From: Armatimonadota bacterium
GTDB taxonomy: Bacteria; Armatimonadota; Zipacnadia; Zipacnadales; JABUFB01
Reading direction: 5' to 3'
NCBI GenBank assembly: GCA_013314775.1
Contig: JABUFB010000011.1
Coordinates: forward strand, 9,144-73,143
DNA length: 64,000 bases
In this document: positions 27,119 to 37,080 of the stretch, in pieces
Layout of the letters: every line of letters begins with the position of its first letter
Numbering within the stretch: the stretch's first letter is position 1
Translations under genes and position numbers: made by a program
The notes under the pieces: generated by a model
Database searches by the model: none
What the model saw: only the letters and a program-made list of their open reading frames with translations
Told to the model about the DNA's origin: nothing

Positions 27119-29344
27119 TCAGTACAGCACCGGGCCGTTCAACTTCTCCCACGCCAGGTACTCCGGGCATGAATAGATGATGGTGGCCAGGGCATTGAGG
27201 CCGTGCCATTTCGCGATGCCGCCGTCATTGCCGGTGACATCCCGCAGGAAGTTCGCTCCGATTTGGTCACGGTACGCGCGGATGCGCGGGTTGTCTTCGA
27301 AATCGCGCAGGTACTCGCTGCACAGCACGTACATGTGCCCGTTCGACCATGAGGAATGCCGCGTGGGCCGCCAGAGGGGCTGGCCGGTGATGACGGCGTT
27401 GGTCTCGGTCAGGAAGCTGTACAGGCTGCGCAGGGCAAGGGCCATGTGGCCGGCGTCGCTGGAGCGGTTGATCAGGTCGGCAACCCGGGATCCAGGCTGC
27501 AGGGCGTTGATGATATTCTGTGCGCCGTAGCCCACATGGCAGCCGCCCTCGGCGAGACACCCCCGGTCATACCAACCATGGCTGATAACCGCCTGCGTGG
27601 ACGCGGCGATGCAGTTGCGCACCACGGTCTCCGCTTCCGGCAAGGGCACGGCGCCCGTGTAGTCCTCGGCCGCAAGCACCCACCACGCCTGCCCGCTGAT
27701 TGTCCGTCCATCGTAGACCGAACAGCCCTGGCAGGGCAGCCATTTCGGATCGCAGACATGTCGCGCGAGTATGGCTGCGCGCTTCATGATCCGCTCGGCA
27801 AGCGCATCGCCGCCGGGCAGATCCTTGCAGTGGAAGTACAGCTGGCAGGCGAGTTTCAGCACAAAGCCGTCATTCTGCAGGATATCTGCGGTGTTCGTGG
27901 AGTGGCCCGCCTTGAGTTCGGGCCATTTCTGCTCCAGCTCATCGTGGCAGCAGTGAACTTTGCCATCCTCCTGCACCATCTTCTCCAGGATGAACAGCAC
28001 GTCATCCGTGACGATGCGTTCCGCGAACTCGGCCCGGTCGATCTCGCCCAGGGCGCGGAAGACTTTTGCGCAATGCAGGATGCCGAATCCGCCGTCGTGC
28101 AAGAGCTCCAGGAACTTGCCGGTGTCGCCGCTGTAGAGCTTGAGCCACTGCGGCCAGGTTTCATCGGCGAAGGGGTCGTAGGTAGAAGGGATCAGGGCCT
28201 TCATCCCCACGAAGTGCCCTCCGAAGAGCCGGTCATGGTTGAAGCCCGCGTGGGCGACCTGGAAGCTGGCGAGAGCGTGGGCCCGGCTCTCATCCGGCCG
28301 GCGCACATACACTTCCGCAGCGCCGACTCGCCCGCCGCAGAGGGACTTGCCCTCTCGCACGAGATCAGCGATCACGAGCCAGGCTCCAGGATCCAGGGGA
28401 AGCTCATCGCTGCTGAGTTCGGCCGGAAGAACACGGGTCGCACCGGAGGGCACGGGCCCGGCCAGCGGAACGGCGAGGTCCACTTTCTTGCCCGAGAATA
28501 ACTCCCGGAATTGCACCTCGAACCGGTCCCTCTGCGGGTCGAGAGACAGGCCCCTGCCGGCGGAGACCCGCAAGTTCAGGTATAGGTGGAACCGACCGGC
28601 GGTCGCGAGTGGGAAGTAGATCGCCCCGGTGGGCTCAATCTGCAGCGCCACCGTAGCCTCGCCATCCGCAGGCGCGATCTGGGGCATGCGGAACATGGCC
28701 ATATCGGGATCGGGCTTCGGGGACGCGGGACCGCGTGCAGCCACGATCTTCGGGCGAATGCGGGGCGAGTAGCCCTGTTCCGGGAGCGCGTCGGGTGGGA
28801 CGAAGCCGCTCCGCGCCGGAACGAAAGCGATCACGTCAACGTAAGGCGAGTCATTGCCCGCGCGTGACAGAACAAGGGCATGATCCTTGCCCTGCGCAAC
28901 AGTCAGCACGGTGGGTTGGCCGTCCCGGGCAGTCTGGCGCCAGTAGAAGGCGCCGTCGTCGCCTGGGTCGGGGCACACGCCTGCCGGAGCAGGACCCGGC
29001 TCGCCTTCACCGAAGGGGCCGAAGGCGACAGCTACGGAGCGGTTGTTGTCCCCGGCTCGGGTGCGAAGCCAGAGGTGGTAGTCCCCGGGAGGCAGCGTGC
29101 CGTCACCGATATGGTAGGCGATGACACCGGGCTCCGGGACCTCATTCAGCGTGGCGCAGCGTCCACGGCTGGTGCCTTCCCAGACCCCGCGGCCATACCT
29201 GCCCGAATTTCCGGGCGCCCAGCCGGGAACGGCCCCGCCCAGGTAGTCCTCGCCCTCAAGGTAGAAAGCATCCTGCGCACACGCCATCGAAACTGCCAGG
29301 AGAATGCCCATCAAAGCCAGCGGGTTCATGATCCACCTCGCCAT
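27119..29344 (-). CDS. Secreted hypothetical protein (N-terminal CBM-like region, C-terminal probable alpha/alpha-toroid; possible glycosidase or lyase)
   Basis: The signal peptide is 'MNPLALMGILLAVSMACAQ'. The long C-terminal helical region is rich in W, H and C residues. I recognise no diagnostic catalytic motif. Confidence 0.4.
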   Translation of the reverse strand: MARWIMNPLALMGILLAVSMACAQDAFYLEGEDYLGGAVPGWAPGNSGRYGRGVWEGTSRGRCATLNEVPEPGVIAYHIGDGTLPPGDYHLWLRTRAGDNNRSVAVAFGPFGEGEPGPAPAGVCPDPGDDGAFYWRQTARDGQPTVLTVAQGKDHALVLSRAGNDSPYVDVIAFVPARSGFVPPDALPEQGYSPRIRPKIVAARGPASPKPDPDMAMFRMPQIAPADGEATVALQIEPTGAIYFPLATAGRFHLYLNLRVSAGRGLSLDPQRDRFEVQFRELFSGKKVDLAVPLAGPVPSGATRVLPAELSSDELPLDPGAWLVIADLVREGKSLCGGRVGAAEVYVRRPDESRAHALASFQVAHAGFNHDRLFGGHFVGMKALIPSTYDPFADETWPQWLKLYSGDTGKFLELLHDGGFGILHCAKVFRALGEIDRAEFAERIVTDDVLFILEKMVQEDGKVHCCHDELEQKWPELKAGHSTNTADILQNDGFVLKLACQLYFHCKDLPGGDALAERIMKRAAILARHVCDPKWLPCQGCSVYDGRTISGQAWWVLAAEDYTGAVPLPEAETVVRNCIAASTQAVISHGWYDRGCLAEGGCHVGYGAQNIINALQPGSRVADLINRSSDAGHMALALRSLYSFLTETNAVITGQPLWRPTRHSSWSNGHMYVLCSEYLRDFEDNPRIRAYRDQIGANFLRDVTGNDGGIAKWHGLNALATIIYSCPEYLAWEKLNGPVLY

Positions 29345-29358
29345 TCGCTGTGATCCGG

Positions 29359-30126
29359 CTACTTGCCCATCGCCCTCAGGGCTTCAAGCGACCGCTTGCA
29401 GACATCGAAGCCTAGACCGTCCGGGCCGCCTTCCTCCACCACGTACCACTCCACCGGCTGGGTGGTCTCGCAGAGCTCAAAGATAGTCGGCCAGTCCGCC
29501 TGGCCTTCCCCGATGACGCCGCCCGGGCCTGCGCCGTAGTCCTTCAGATGCACCGACCGCGCCCGTCCGGGGAACTTGCGCAGCGTCCCGATTGGGTCGC
29601 CCCCGCCATTTGCGCAGTTGCCGATGTCCATCTGCATGATGACTTCCGGGGCGGTGTTGCTGAAGAGAATGTCCCAGGCGATCTCATCATCCACGATCTC
29701 GAAGTCGAAGCCGTGGGCGTGGTAGCCGCTATACATGCCCAGGGGGGCCAGCTTCTCGGCGGCATCATTGAGGATGCCTGCAAGCTCCATGATCGTCTCG
29801 CGCGAGGACATGCGGGGCTTGTCAGCGGCCACAATCAGGAACTTGTTACCCAACACCTGGTTCATCTCGATGGTGCGCTGCAGGTTATCTCCCAGCAGCG
29901 CAGCGGTGGCCAGATGGAATCCGCAGCAGGCCAGCCCGCTGTCGTCGTACATTTTGCGCATTGCCTCGGGGCTGTGGCCCATCCACTCGAGAACGGAGCC
30001 GTCGTACCCCCACGGCTCCGCGCCGACGTAGCCAATCTCGGCCACGGACTTCAGCGTCGCCGCGAGATCCTTCTGCACCTCGCCACGGACCGAGTACAAC
30101 TGCAAAGCCACCGGTATCTTGCTCAT
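29359..30126 (-). CDS. Sugar phosphate isomerase/epimerase (xylose isomerase-like TIM barrel)
   Basis: ATG 30126 was verified and is preceded by AGGAG. The translation 'IPVALQLYSVRGE...GYVGAEPWGY...YHAHGFDFE...VHLKD' is typical of AP endonuclease 2 / xylose isomerase-like TIM barrels. Confidence 0.75.
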   Translation of the reverse strand: MSKIPVALQLYSVRGEVQKDLAATLKSVAEIGYVGAEPWGYDGSVLEWMGHSPEAMRKMYDDSGLACCGFHLATAALLGDNLQRTIEMNQVLGNKFLIVAADKPRMSSRETIMELAGILNDAAEKLAPLGMYSGYHAHGFDFEIVDDEIAWDILFSNTAPEVIMQMDIGNCANGGGDPIGTLRKFPGRARSVHLKDYGAGPGGVIGEGQADWPTIFELCETTQPVEWYVVEEGGPDGLGFDVCKRSLEALRAMGK

Positions 30127-30408
30127 ATCGTCTCCTGTGCTCGAGGAATTGGTTGACGCGCGAATATCGTCACACGTCTTGCCCGGTGTTTTCCCTGCCC
30201 GGCTGTTCGGGACCTGCCCAGCGCGTGAGGGTGCGCTCGCGAGCGCCAGAACCGGTGGGACGACACGCGGCGGTGAGGAACACATCTGCGTTGAAGACAC
30301 AACAGGCGCCGCCGTGGAATTGAGGCCGTGCCTGACGGCGATGACGTGACGGTGGTGGCCATGAGACCGCGCTGACATCAGGCACGAGGCGCGATGTGCC
30401 GTGCCCTC

Positions 30409-33234
30409 CTACTCTACCGCCACCACCTGCAGGGCATCGAACCAAGCCTGTCCGGGGCTGAGCAGGCGCAGTGCCGGGCTCTTGCGCCCACCTGGATCGG
30501 CAATGAACTCCACAGAGTACTCTCGCCACCGGGTCGTCAGTTCGTGTTCCGCCTGCGCGCCCTGCACTGTATCCAGGGCGAGGCGGAACCGCTGCCCGTC
30601 TCGATCGCCGCGCGCCCAGACCGACAGGCGGTACTTCTGGTCCTTGGCCAGCGTCAGGGGGAAAGGCGCGACGCTGATCCCCCTGTCCTCGGCCGGAGTA
30701 CACAACCGCAGCGATTGTCGCCCATGCACCGCCGTGCGCGGGTCCACAAACCACGAGGCGGCCGGATCGTTCGAGCTGATGTAGCTTCCATCGGGCGTGC
30801 CCACGTTGTGCGCTTCCTCGAAGCTGGGGTTGAGGATCAGGTTGCCCGGGTCCAGCGCCGCGAGATCCGCCGGCGGCGGGTCCACCTGGATCCGGTAGGC
30901 GCGGGTCCCGAAGCCGTCGATCATGTCATTCCACTTGCCGTCGCTGATCGGGACTCTCCGGTTCTCAAACAGCACTTCCGCTTCCCCGTCACCAACACCC
31001 TCCAGCGCCAGGTCAAGCACCAGCGGCTTGTTCTCCACATTCGCGCAGAGCAGCGTCACCGCGCCGCGTTCCCTGAACGCCGCCACGTGCACCTGGGGCG
31101 TCCCGCAGGTCACCTTCGGCGCTTCCTCGGGGGATGCCAGCGCCGGCACCAGCTGCGAGAGTTCCAGCATCAGGCGCCGGACTTCGCTCCACAGGTCGGG
31201 ATTGTTGGGATTGCTCACAGGCGGCCGGCGAATGAAGGGCTGCACGCCCTTGCAGCCGTGAATCAGCGCGAGGTAGGTCATGACGCGCTCTTCCTGACGG
31301 GAGGGCTCACGCCTCCACCACTCCCCGCCGCCAAAGGCCTGGGGCACGATCCACAGGGGCAGCGCATCTTGGGTGTCGCTGCGGATCTGCCGGCAGAAGT
31401 CCACCACGTTCGTCACCGGCGCATGGGGGATCGGGTACGGGTCGGTCATGATGATGTCCATGCCCTTCACGTAGCGCGCCGCTGCCTGCGATTGGCAGAA
31501 AACCATGGTCACCGGATGGCACGGGTCGAGTTCCTTGATGCGCCGGTACGCCGCCTCGCATTCCTCCGGCGTGGCCCAGCCCAGTTCCGGTTCATCTGCC
31601 AGGTAGTAGGCCAGCAAGGCCGGATGGTCCTTGAAGGCCGCGATCTCCTCCTCGAGCCACTGCCACTTCTCATCATCCTGCGGCGCGCGCGATGCCCCGC
31701 GAATGTCAAGCTGCACCATTACCCCCACTTCAGCGCAGCGGTCCATCATTTGCCGCAGGTTGTCCCGTTCGTTGCGGCGCTCCGCGATGCCCCCGGGCAG
31801 GTAGGGCGCGACAGTGTTGAAGCCCAACGGGGCCTCATGACTTGCGACTGACGACGCGATACCGTAGTCGGTATAGCAGGACTGCGGGCAAAAAGGCAGC
31901 CCGCGCACGATCAGAGTGTGGGTCGCGTTGTCAATGATTACCGCATTGGGCTGCGGATCGGCGATGAGCATGTCGCAACTCGCCGACCCCAGTTTCTCAT
32001 CGCCGCGCCACAGCACTGCCGTGATCGCATTGCGTCCCAGAGACAACGCATCAAGCGCCAAGGGGACGCTGGTGGGCCTTCCTGCGACAACCGGGGCTTC
32101 AGCGAGCGCACCTTCAGGCCCCCGGACCTCGATACGCAGGCCGTCGCCGGCTTCTTCAGCGACGCGCACCAGAATCGCGCCCTGCTCCCCGGTCAGATAG
32201 GGCAAGCGCCCAGGGGTAATCGTGAGCAATCTCGGCACCTCCACCGGCAGCGGTGGCGACACGTAGATAGCCTGCCCGGCCGCCACGAGTTCGAGGTGGC
32301 TCGCGTACCGACCTGGCCCCGGCAGCGCGACGGTCAGATTCGCTTTCACTGGACCGTCAGCAAGGCTGACCGCCTGTTCGTCAATGACCTCTGGCTGCAC
32401 GCCGTCCAGGACCAGCCGCGCACTCAGAGTCTCAGGACCGCCCTCCAGACGCGCCAGTCTCATGCTGACCTTGAGCTTCTCGCCGATCGCCCGGTCGGGC
32501 GCATTCAGTTCGGAGATGCGCACCCCGCCCACATCCAGCGGCGACGGCTCGAAAGCGAACTCCGCTGACAGGGTTCGCTCCACCCCGCGCGGGAAGGCAT
32601 CGTCACGTCCCAGCCACAGGCTCTGGCGGTGTGCGTAGTCGAAGAGCGTGAGCCCCTGTTCTGCGGCGATGGTCAGCTTTCCGAACAGATTCTCGAACTC
32701 CATCCGCGTCATCCCGCCAAAGGGGTTGCTGACGCCGCCGAAGGTCAGGGGAATCTGCCCCTCCGCATTGCCGCCCGGGCCACTTGCACGCCATTTCGCC
32801 CCCACAAACCAGCCGGTGGCGGGGCGGCAGATGCAGGTCTCGTAGTTCATCGCCTGGTCCCAGGCGTTCTGCGTGAAGGCATAGGCTATGGTAAAGCGGT
32901 CGCCTGGTCCGGCAGTCACCGTCTCGGTCCAGGCGATCTTCGGGTCGGTGCAGGTGATGGTCAGCACCCGCGTCTCTCCCCGGGTTTCGAGGGACGCGGA
33001 CATGCGATCGGCACCCCAGGCCGACTGGCTCCACGCCCACCCGGGCGGGTAGGCGACCACGGGGCTGAGCGTGCCTTCAAGCATGCTCCTTCCGTCGCAG
33101 GTGACCACGAGACCTCGGTCCAGGCTCCAGCGCAGAGTCAGATGATCCAGGGGGATTTCCACAGGAGACGTGTCAGCCCAGGAAGGCAGGGCAGTGAGTG
33201 CGAGGAGGAAGAGAAGGCAGATTCTGCGCACCAT
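30409..33234 (-). CDS. Secreted multidomain glycosidase-like protein (clan GH-A-like TIM barrel plus C-terminal CBM4/9-type jelly-roll)
   Basis: The signal peptide is 'MVRRICLLFLLALTALPSWA'. 'AYYLADEPELGW' is a GH-A style acid/base motif. The C-terminal 'NLILNPSFEEAH...WREYSVEF' is typical of CBM4_9 modules. Confidence 0.55.
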   Translation of the reverse strand: MVRRICLLFLLALTALPSWADTSPVEIPLDHLTLRWSLDRGLVVTCDGRSMLEGTLSPVVAYPPGWAWSQSAWGADRMSASLETRGETRVLTITCTDPKIAWTETVTAGPGDRFTIAYAFTQNAWDQAMNYETCICRPATGWFVGAKWRASGPGGNAEGQIPLTFGGVSNPFGGMTRMEFENLFGKLTIAAEQGLTLFDYAHRQSLWLGRDDAFPRGVERTLSAEFAFEPSPLDVGGVRISELNAPDRAIGEKLKVSMRLARLEGGPETLSARLVLDGVQPEVIDEQAVSLADGPVKANLTVALPGPGRYASHLELVAAGQAIYVSPPLPVEVPRLLTITPGRLPYLTGEQGAILVRVAEEAGDGLRIEVRGPEGALAEAPVVAGRPTSVPLALDALSLGRNAITAVLWRGDEKLGSASCDMLIADPQPNAVIIDNATHTLIVRGLPFCPQSCYTDYGIASSVASHEAPLGFNTVAPYLPGGIAERRNERDNLRQMMDRCAEVGVMVQLDIRGASRAPQDDEKWQWLEEEIAAFKDHPALLAYYLADEPELGWATPEECEAAYRRIKELDPCHPVTMVFCQSQAAARYVKGMDIIMTDPYPIPHAPVTNVVDFCRQIRSDTQDALPLWIVPQAFGGGEWWRREPSRQEERVMTYLALIHGCKGVQPFIRRPPVSNPNNPDLWSEVRRLMLELSQLVPALASPEEAPKVTCGTPQVHVAAFRERGAVTLLCANVENKPLVLDLALEGVGDGEAEVLFENRRVPISDGKWNDMIDGFGTRAYRIQVDPPPADLAALDPGNLILNPSFEEAHNVGTPDGSYISSNDPAASWFVDPRTAVHGRQSLRLCTPAEDRGISVAPFPLTLAKDQKYRLSVWARGDRDGQRFRLALDTVQGAQAEHELTTRWREYSVEFIADPGGRKSPALRLLSPGQAWFDALQVVAVE

Positions 33235-33343
33235 GGCAGGCTCCCTTGCGAACACTGACAGGTTGGTGACACACCGGGACCATTTCGTCCCGCAGCGCCG
33301 CAACCCCTCCGCACAACCGCGTTCGGAGATAGAGGGTTCCTGG

Positions 33344-36076
33344 TCACCTGGCGCTTGCTTGACGGGCGACCTCTTCCGGACTCAGGGCGCGAGCGTACAG
33401 CATGAACTCCGCCACGCGTCCCGGGAGACATTCATTGCCGGCGTACAGCGGATTGCAGCCCACACCCACGGCGGCGCTCTGCGTGAAGGGACCGGTGGAG
33501 GCGCAGGCTGTGTTTCCGGCCAGTTGCCCGTCCAGATAGAGCATTAGGCTGCCCTCCTGTCTGACCGCGGCCACGTGATACCAGCGGCCCAACTCCACCG
33601 GGACACCCGCCATGGGCTGCGTCCAGATCCCCTCGATTCGCGCGACCACCTTGCCATCATCGATGGTGATCCGCAGCGGGTCATCTCCGCCTTGGCACCA
33701 TCCGCTGACCACCTGGGCGATGCGGCCCTGGGGGTATTCCTCCAGGTAGAACCATGCGGAGGCGCTGTAGTCTCCAGTCGGCCAGTACGCAAAACCGTAG
33801 ATGAGCTTGCTGTCTCGGCCATTGAGGCCGATCGCGCCGGCCGGGTCTCCATCGCGCTCGGCCGGGAGCAGTTTCTCGGCCCGGACGAGTTGACCGAACA
33901 GTGGCTCCGGAGCCCCAGTGAGCGGCGCAGCAACCACGGCTCCGTCTTCGCGAACCTTCAGTGGCACCGGAATCGGTATCCCCTGCGTGGGAGCTCCCGC
34001 CTCCACAGTCAGTGTCCGCCAGCCGCCTGAGTTCCTTCGCGAAACCCCGTCGCGTTCGCGGACCACCTGCCAGGCATACAGGCCCGGCTGCAGGTCCACC
34101 ACCTGGTACGGCACGTCGGGGTGACTGGTGTGAACCACCGGACCGCCAGGTTCCCTACTGATGACGAGGGTCTGCCCCACGTCCACGGGCTGTGGCCGGG
34201 CAGGCGGTACCCAGGCAAAGAGCAGTTCGCCTGGCGCGAGTCGCGCACCGTCTGCGGGTTCGGTCAGATGGAATACGCCGGGCCCGGCACCAGTTGCCGG
34301 GAGCCAACTGCGGTAGGGATTGCCCGCGGCGCCGGCGCTTGCGAAATCGCACAGGACCACGCGCCTGTCAGGGGGGCCCACCTCCACCAGCAGCCACGGA
34401 CGGGGGCGCCGATCGCCGATTGGCAGGTCGACGGGGTTCAGGGCCCGCATATCCAGAGCCGGCAGCTCGTGCTCGTCCAGCCGGTTGAAGCGCTGGTCCC
34501 AGGCAAGGAGCAGCGGCCCCCTGAAGATGCATGCCCGGCCGACACAGGCGCCCTCGCCTCCCTCGGCCCGCAGCGACATGTCGAAACTCAGCTCAATTCG
34601 GTCACCCCTGCGCCATTCGCGTCTCAGTGCGAGCCAGCTCCCGGGGTTCACCCCGGCCACAGGCTCGCCATTGAACCTCACGACACTAGACGCGGACCAG
34701 CCGGGGATGCGTAGCCGGAGGGAGAATTCTCGAGGTTCGTCGATGTCGATGGTCAGAGTGATTTCACCATCCAGCGGATATCGGGTCTCCTGCTGAATGG
34801 CAACAGGCGTTCCGTCCGCCAGACTGACATGCGCTACGCCCGGACCGTAGAAGCAGACGCGCAGCCCCTCTGTATCACGCAAGACGGCCCATTCGCTGAG
34901 CACCCCGAGGATCCGGGGCGCGTTCACCGAGCAGCAGTTGAGTTCCGGCGTACCGGGACGCGCCTGAAAGACGATGTCGTGGGCGCTGGCACGGCGGACG
35001 CCATCCATCGGCGTGTTGTACGTCCACCATCGCCCCGAGGGGTGCTGTGCGCCGATGCCGCCGTTGTACGTGGACCGCTCAAGCTCGTCAGCGGCAATCA
35101 CATCGCCGGTGAGTTGCAGCATGTTCGCGCAGATGGCCATCCAGGCAACGGTGCAACAGGTCTCGATAGCCCCGGCGGCATAGGGGTCGCCGACGGCCTG
35201 CTCGCCAGTGGAGAATCCGCCGGTGTTGTGTACATCCAGCCGGCGTATGGAATGCCAGAGGTTAGTGAACGCGGTCTTGTAGCGTTCCTCACCGGTGACA
35301 CGGTACAACTCCACCAGCCCCTGCAGATCGTGCAGGCTCTCCCAGCGGGGTTTCGGGGTGCGGAAGAACGGGATGCCTGCGAGGCCCTGGCGGAGGTAGT
35401 CGCCGGCCTGTTCCCAGTCCTTCTCCACCTCGCGCGCCATGCGCAGGTAGCGTTCTTCTCCGGTTACCCTGTACAGCCGCACCAGGCCGGTAAGTATCGC
35501 CATGTTCATCTCCGGGCTGCCGGCGTCGACGACCCGCTTGCCGGTGTCCAGGTAGGTCCCGCAGACGCAGTCGCCGATCCCCCGGGCAATTCGCAGGGCA
35601 TCGACGTCCCCGGTGTCCTGGTGCCAGTCGAGGAGCGCTGTCAGAATGTGGTAATGCCCCCACAAGTCCCACTGACCCAGAAGGCGCTGCTCCTTCGGCC
35701 ACGGACCGAGGTAACCGTCCTCCGCCTGGCATGCCCCGAGATCAGCGATCATCTGCCGAATGCTCTGATCCAGTTCGGCGCTTTCCACCATGCGACGCGC
35801 CTGGATGGCGGCGATGAGATGCTTGCCTGCGAACTCGCCCGACCACGGCAGCAGATCAGGCTCAGGCTTCCGGTCACGACGGCGCATCATCTCAATGATC
35901 CCTGGATTGGCCTCGGGCATCGGGAGCAGCCAATTGCGCAGGTTGGCGTCAACGCGCTCTCCCACCACCCCGGCGAAGTCACATCGCGCTCCGGGTGAGG
36001 GTTCGCAGGCCATCTCGCCCTGTGCGTTGAGTGAGGCCGCATAGAGGGCAAGAGCGAAGGGGGTGGTGATCAGCAT
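33344..36076 (-). CDS. Glycoside hydrolase family 127/146-like (DUF1680, beta-L-arabinofuranosidase family) with a C-terminal LamG domain
   Basis: The N-terminal (alpha/alpha)6 region contains 'IETCCTVAW' (the Glu-x-Cys motif) and 'ELNCCSVNAPR' (a Cys-Cys pair). These match the Zn/nucleophile residues described for GH127 HypBA1. The C-terminal 'WYHVAAVRQEGSLMLYLDGQLAG' is LamG-like. Confidence 0.7.
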   Translation of the reverse strand: MLITTPFALALYAASLNAQGEMACEPSPGARCDFAGVVGERVDANLRNWLLPMPEANPGIIEMMRRRDRKPEPDLLPWSGEFAGKHLIAAIQARRMVESAELDQSIRQMIADLGACQAEDGYLGPWPKEQRLLGQWDLWGHYHILTALLDWHQDTGDVDALRIARGIGDCVCGTYLDTGKRVVDAGSPEMNMAILTGLVRLYRVTGEERYLRMAREVEKDWEQAGDYLRQGLAGIPFFRTPKPRWESLHDLQGLVELYRVTGEERYKTAFTNLWHSIRRLDVHNTGGFSTGEQAVGDPYAAGAIETCCTVAWMAICANMLQLTGDVIAADELERSTYNGGIGAQHPSGRWWTYNTPMDGVRRASAHDIVFQARPGTPELNCCSVNAPRILGVLSEWAVLRDTEGLRVCFYGPGVAHVSLADGTPVAIQQETRYPLDGEITLTIDIDEPREFSLRLRIPGWSASSVVRFNGEPVAGVNPGSWLALRREWRRGDRIELSFDMSLRAEGGEGACVGRACIFRGPLLLAWDQRFNRLDEHELPALDMRALNPVDLPIGDRRPRPWLLVEVGPPDRRVVLCDFASAGAAGNPYRSWLPATGAGPGVFHLTEPADGARLAPGELLFAWVPPARPQPVDVGQTLVISREPGGPVVHTSHPDVPYQVVDLQPGLYAWQVVRERDGVSRRNSGGWRTLTVEAGAPTQGIPIPVPLKVREDGAVVAAPLTGAPEPLFGQLVRAEKLLPAERDGDPAGAIGLNGRDSKLIYGFAYWPTGDYSASAWFYLEEYPQGRIAQVVSGWCQGGDDPLRITIDDGKVVARIEGIWTQPMAGVPVELGRWYHVAAVRQEGSLMLYLDGQLAGNTACASTGPFTQSAAVGVGCNPLYAGNECLPGRVAEFMLYARALSPEEVARQASAR

Positions 36077-36270
36077 CTTCAGTCACCTCATTGGAGACAG
36101 GGATGTCGGTATCACCTGAGCTCCGAATACAGCCCATTGATTACGCGCCGGCGCGACGGACACCTCCCTGCCGGCTCAGGTATTGGCCTTCTCAGGGGCC
36201 AGGCGCAGGTGCGGCAGGGGCCCAAGCGGAACCAGTCGCGACAGAGAAATCGACGAAGAGGAACACAGCA

Positions 36271-37050
36271 ATGAGGGTTCTCGTAACCGGAGCAGCCGGC
36301 AGACTGGGGCGCAAGCTGGCGAAGGCGTTGGACGCTGAGCATGACCTGGTGCTGACTGACGTGGCACGGCTGGATGATGCGCGTTTTGTCCCACTGGATG
36401 TGACTGACCTTGTGGCGGCGCGCACTGCCGTTGCAGGCTGTGACGCTGTCGTCCACATGGCCATTCTCGACTGGCCACCCTGTAGCGCCCGAGAGGCTCT
36501 GCGATACGCCCCCGCGTCCATCCAGGTTCACGCCACCGGGACCTGCAACATGCTGCAAGCCGCACTCGAGGGAGACGTGAAGCGCTTCGTGCATATCAGC
36601 TCGGTGAGTGCACTGGACGGCCTGCCGGCCGACACCCACGCGGATTCCCAGACCCGGCACTACAGCAACTCCATCTACGGCCTGACCAAGGGGTTTGGCG
36701 AGGACATCTGCCGCATGTTCCACTGCAACTTCGGGCTGCCAATTGCGGTCCTGCGGCTGGGGACGATCTACCTGCCTGAGGGCGATGGGGCCTGGATCGG
36801 GAACGTGTTCATCCCGGATGTCACGAAGCAGAATCCCCTGGCGCCGGCGTCGTCGCGTGTGCATGCTGATGACGTGGTCCGCGCCATCGCGCTGGCCCTG
36901 CATGTTACCGATCCCGCGTACTCGCTTGTGCACATTGTGGGGGCGGATTCTGGAGGTCGCTGGGACTTGGCAGAAGCCAGACTGGACCTGGGCTGGGAGC
37001 CCCGATATGCCTTCGGCCCGGACGGCCTGCCGCGCGCACAACAGGGATGA
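36271..37050 (+). CDS. NAD-dependent epimerase/dehydratase family protein
   Basis: ATG 36271 was verified. 'MRVLVTGAAGRLG' is a GxxGxxG Rossmann motif and 'YGLTKGFGE' is a YxxxK motif. Confidence 0.8.
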   Translation: MRVLVTGAAGRLGRKLAKALDAEHDLVLTDVARLDDARFVPLDVTDLVAARTAVAGCDAVVHMAILDWPPCSAREALRYAPASIQVHATGTCNMLQAALEGDVKRFVHISSVSALDGLPADTHADSQTRHYSNSIYGLTKGFGEDICRMFHCNFGLPIAVLRLGTIYLPEGDGAWIGNVFIPDVTKQNPLAPASSRVHADDVVRAIALALHVTDPAYSLVHIVGADSGGRWDLAEARLDLGWEPRYAFGPDGLPRAQQG

Positions 37051-37080
37051 ATTGGCGCCACGTTTTCACCCTCGGGAGCA

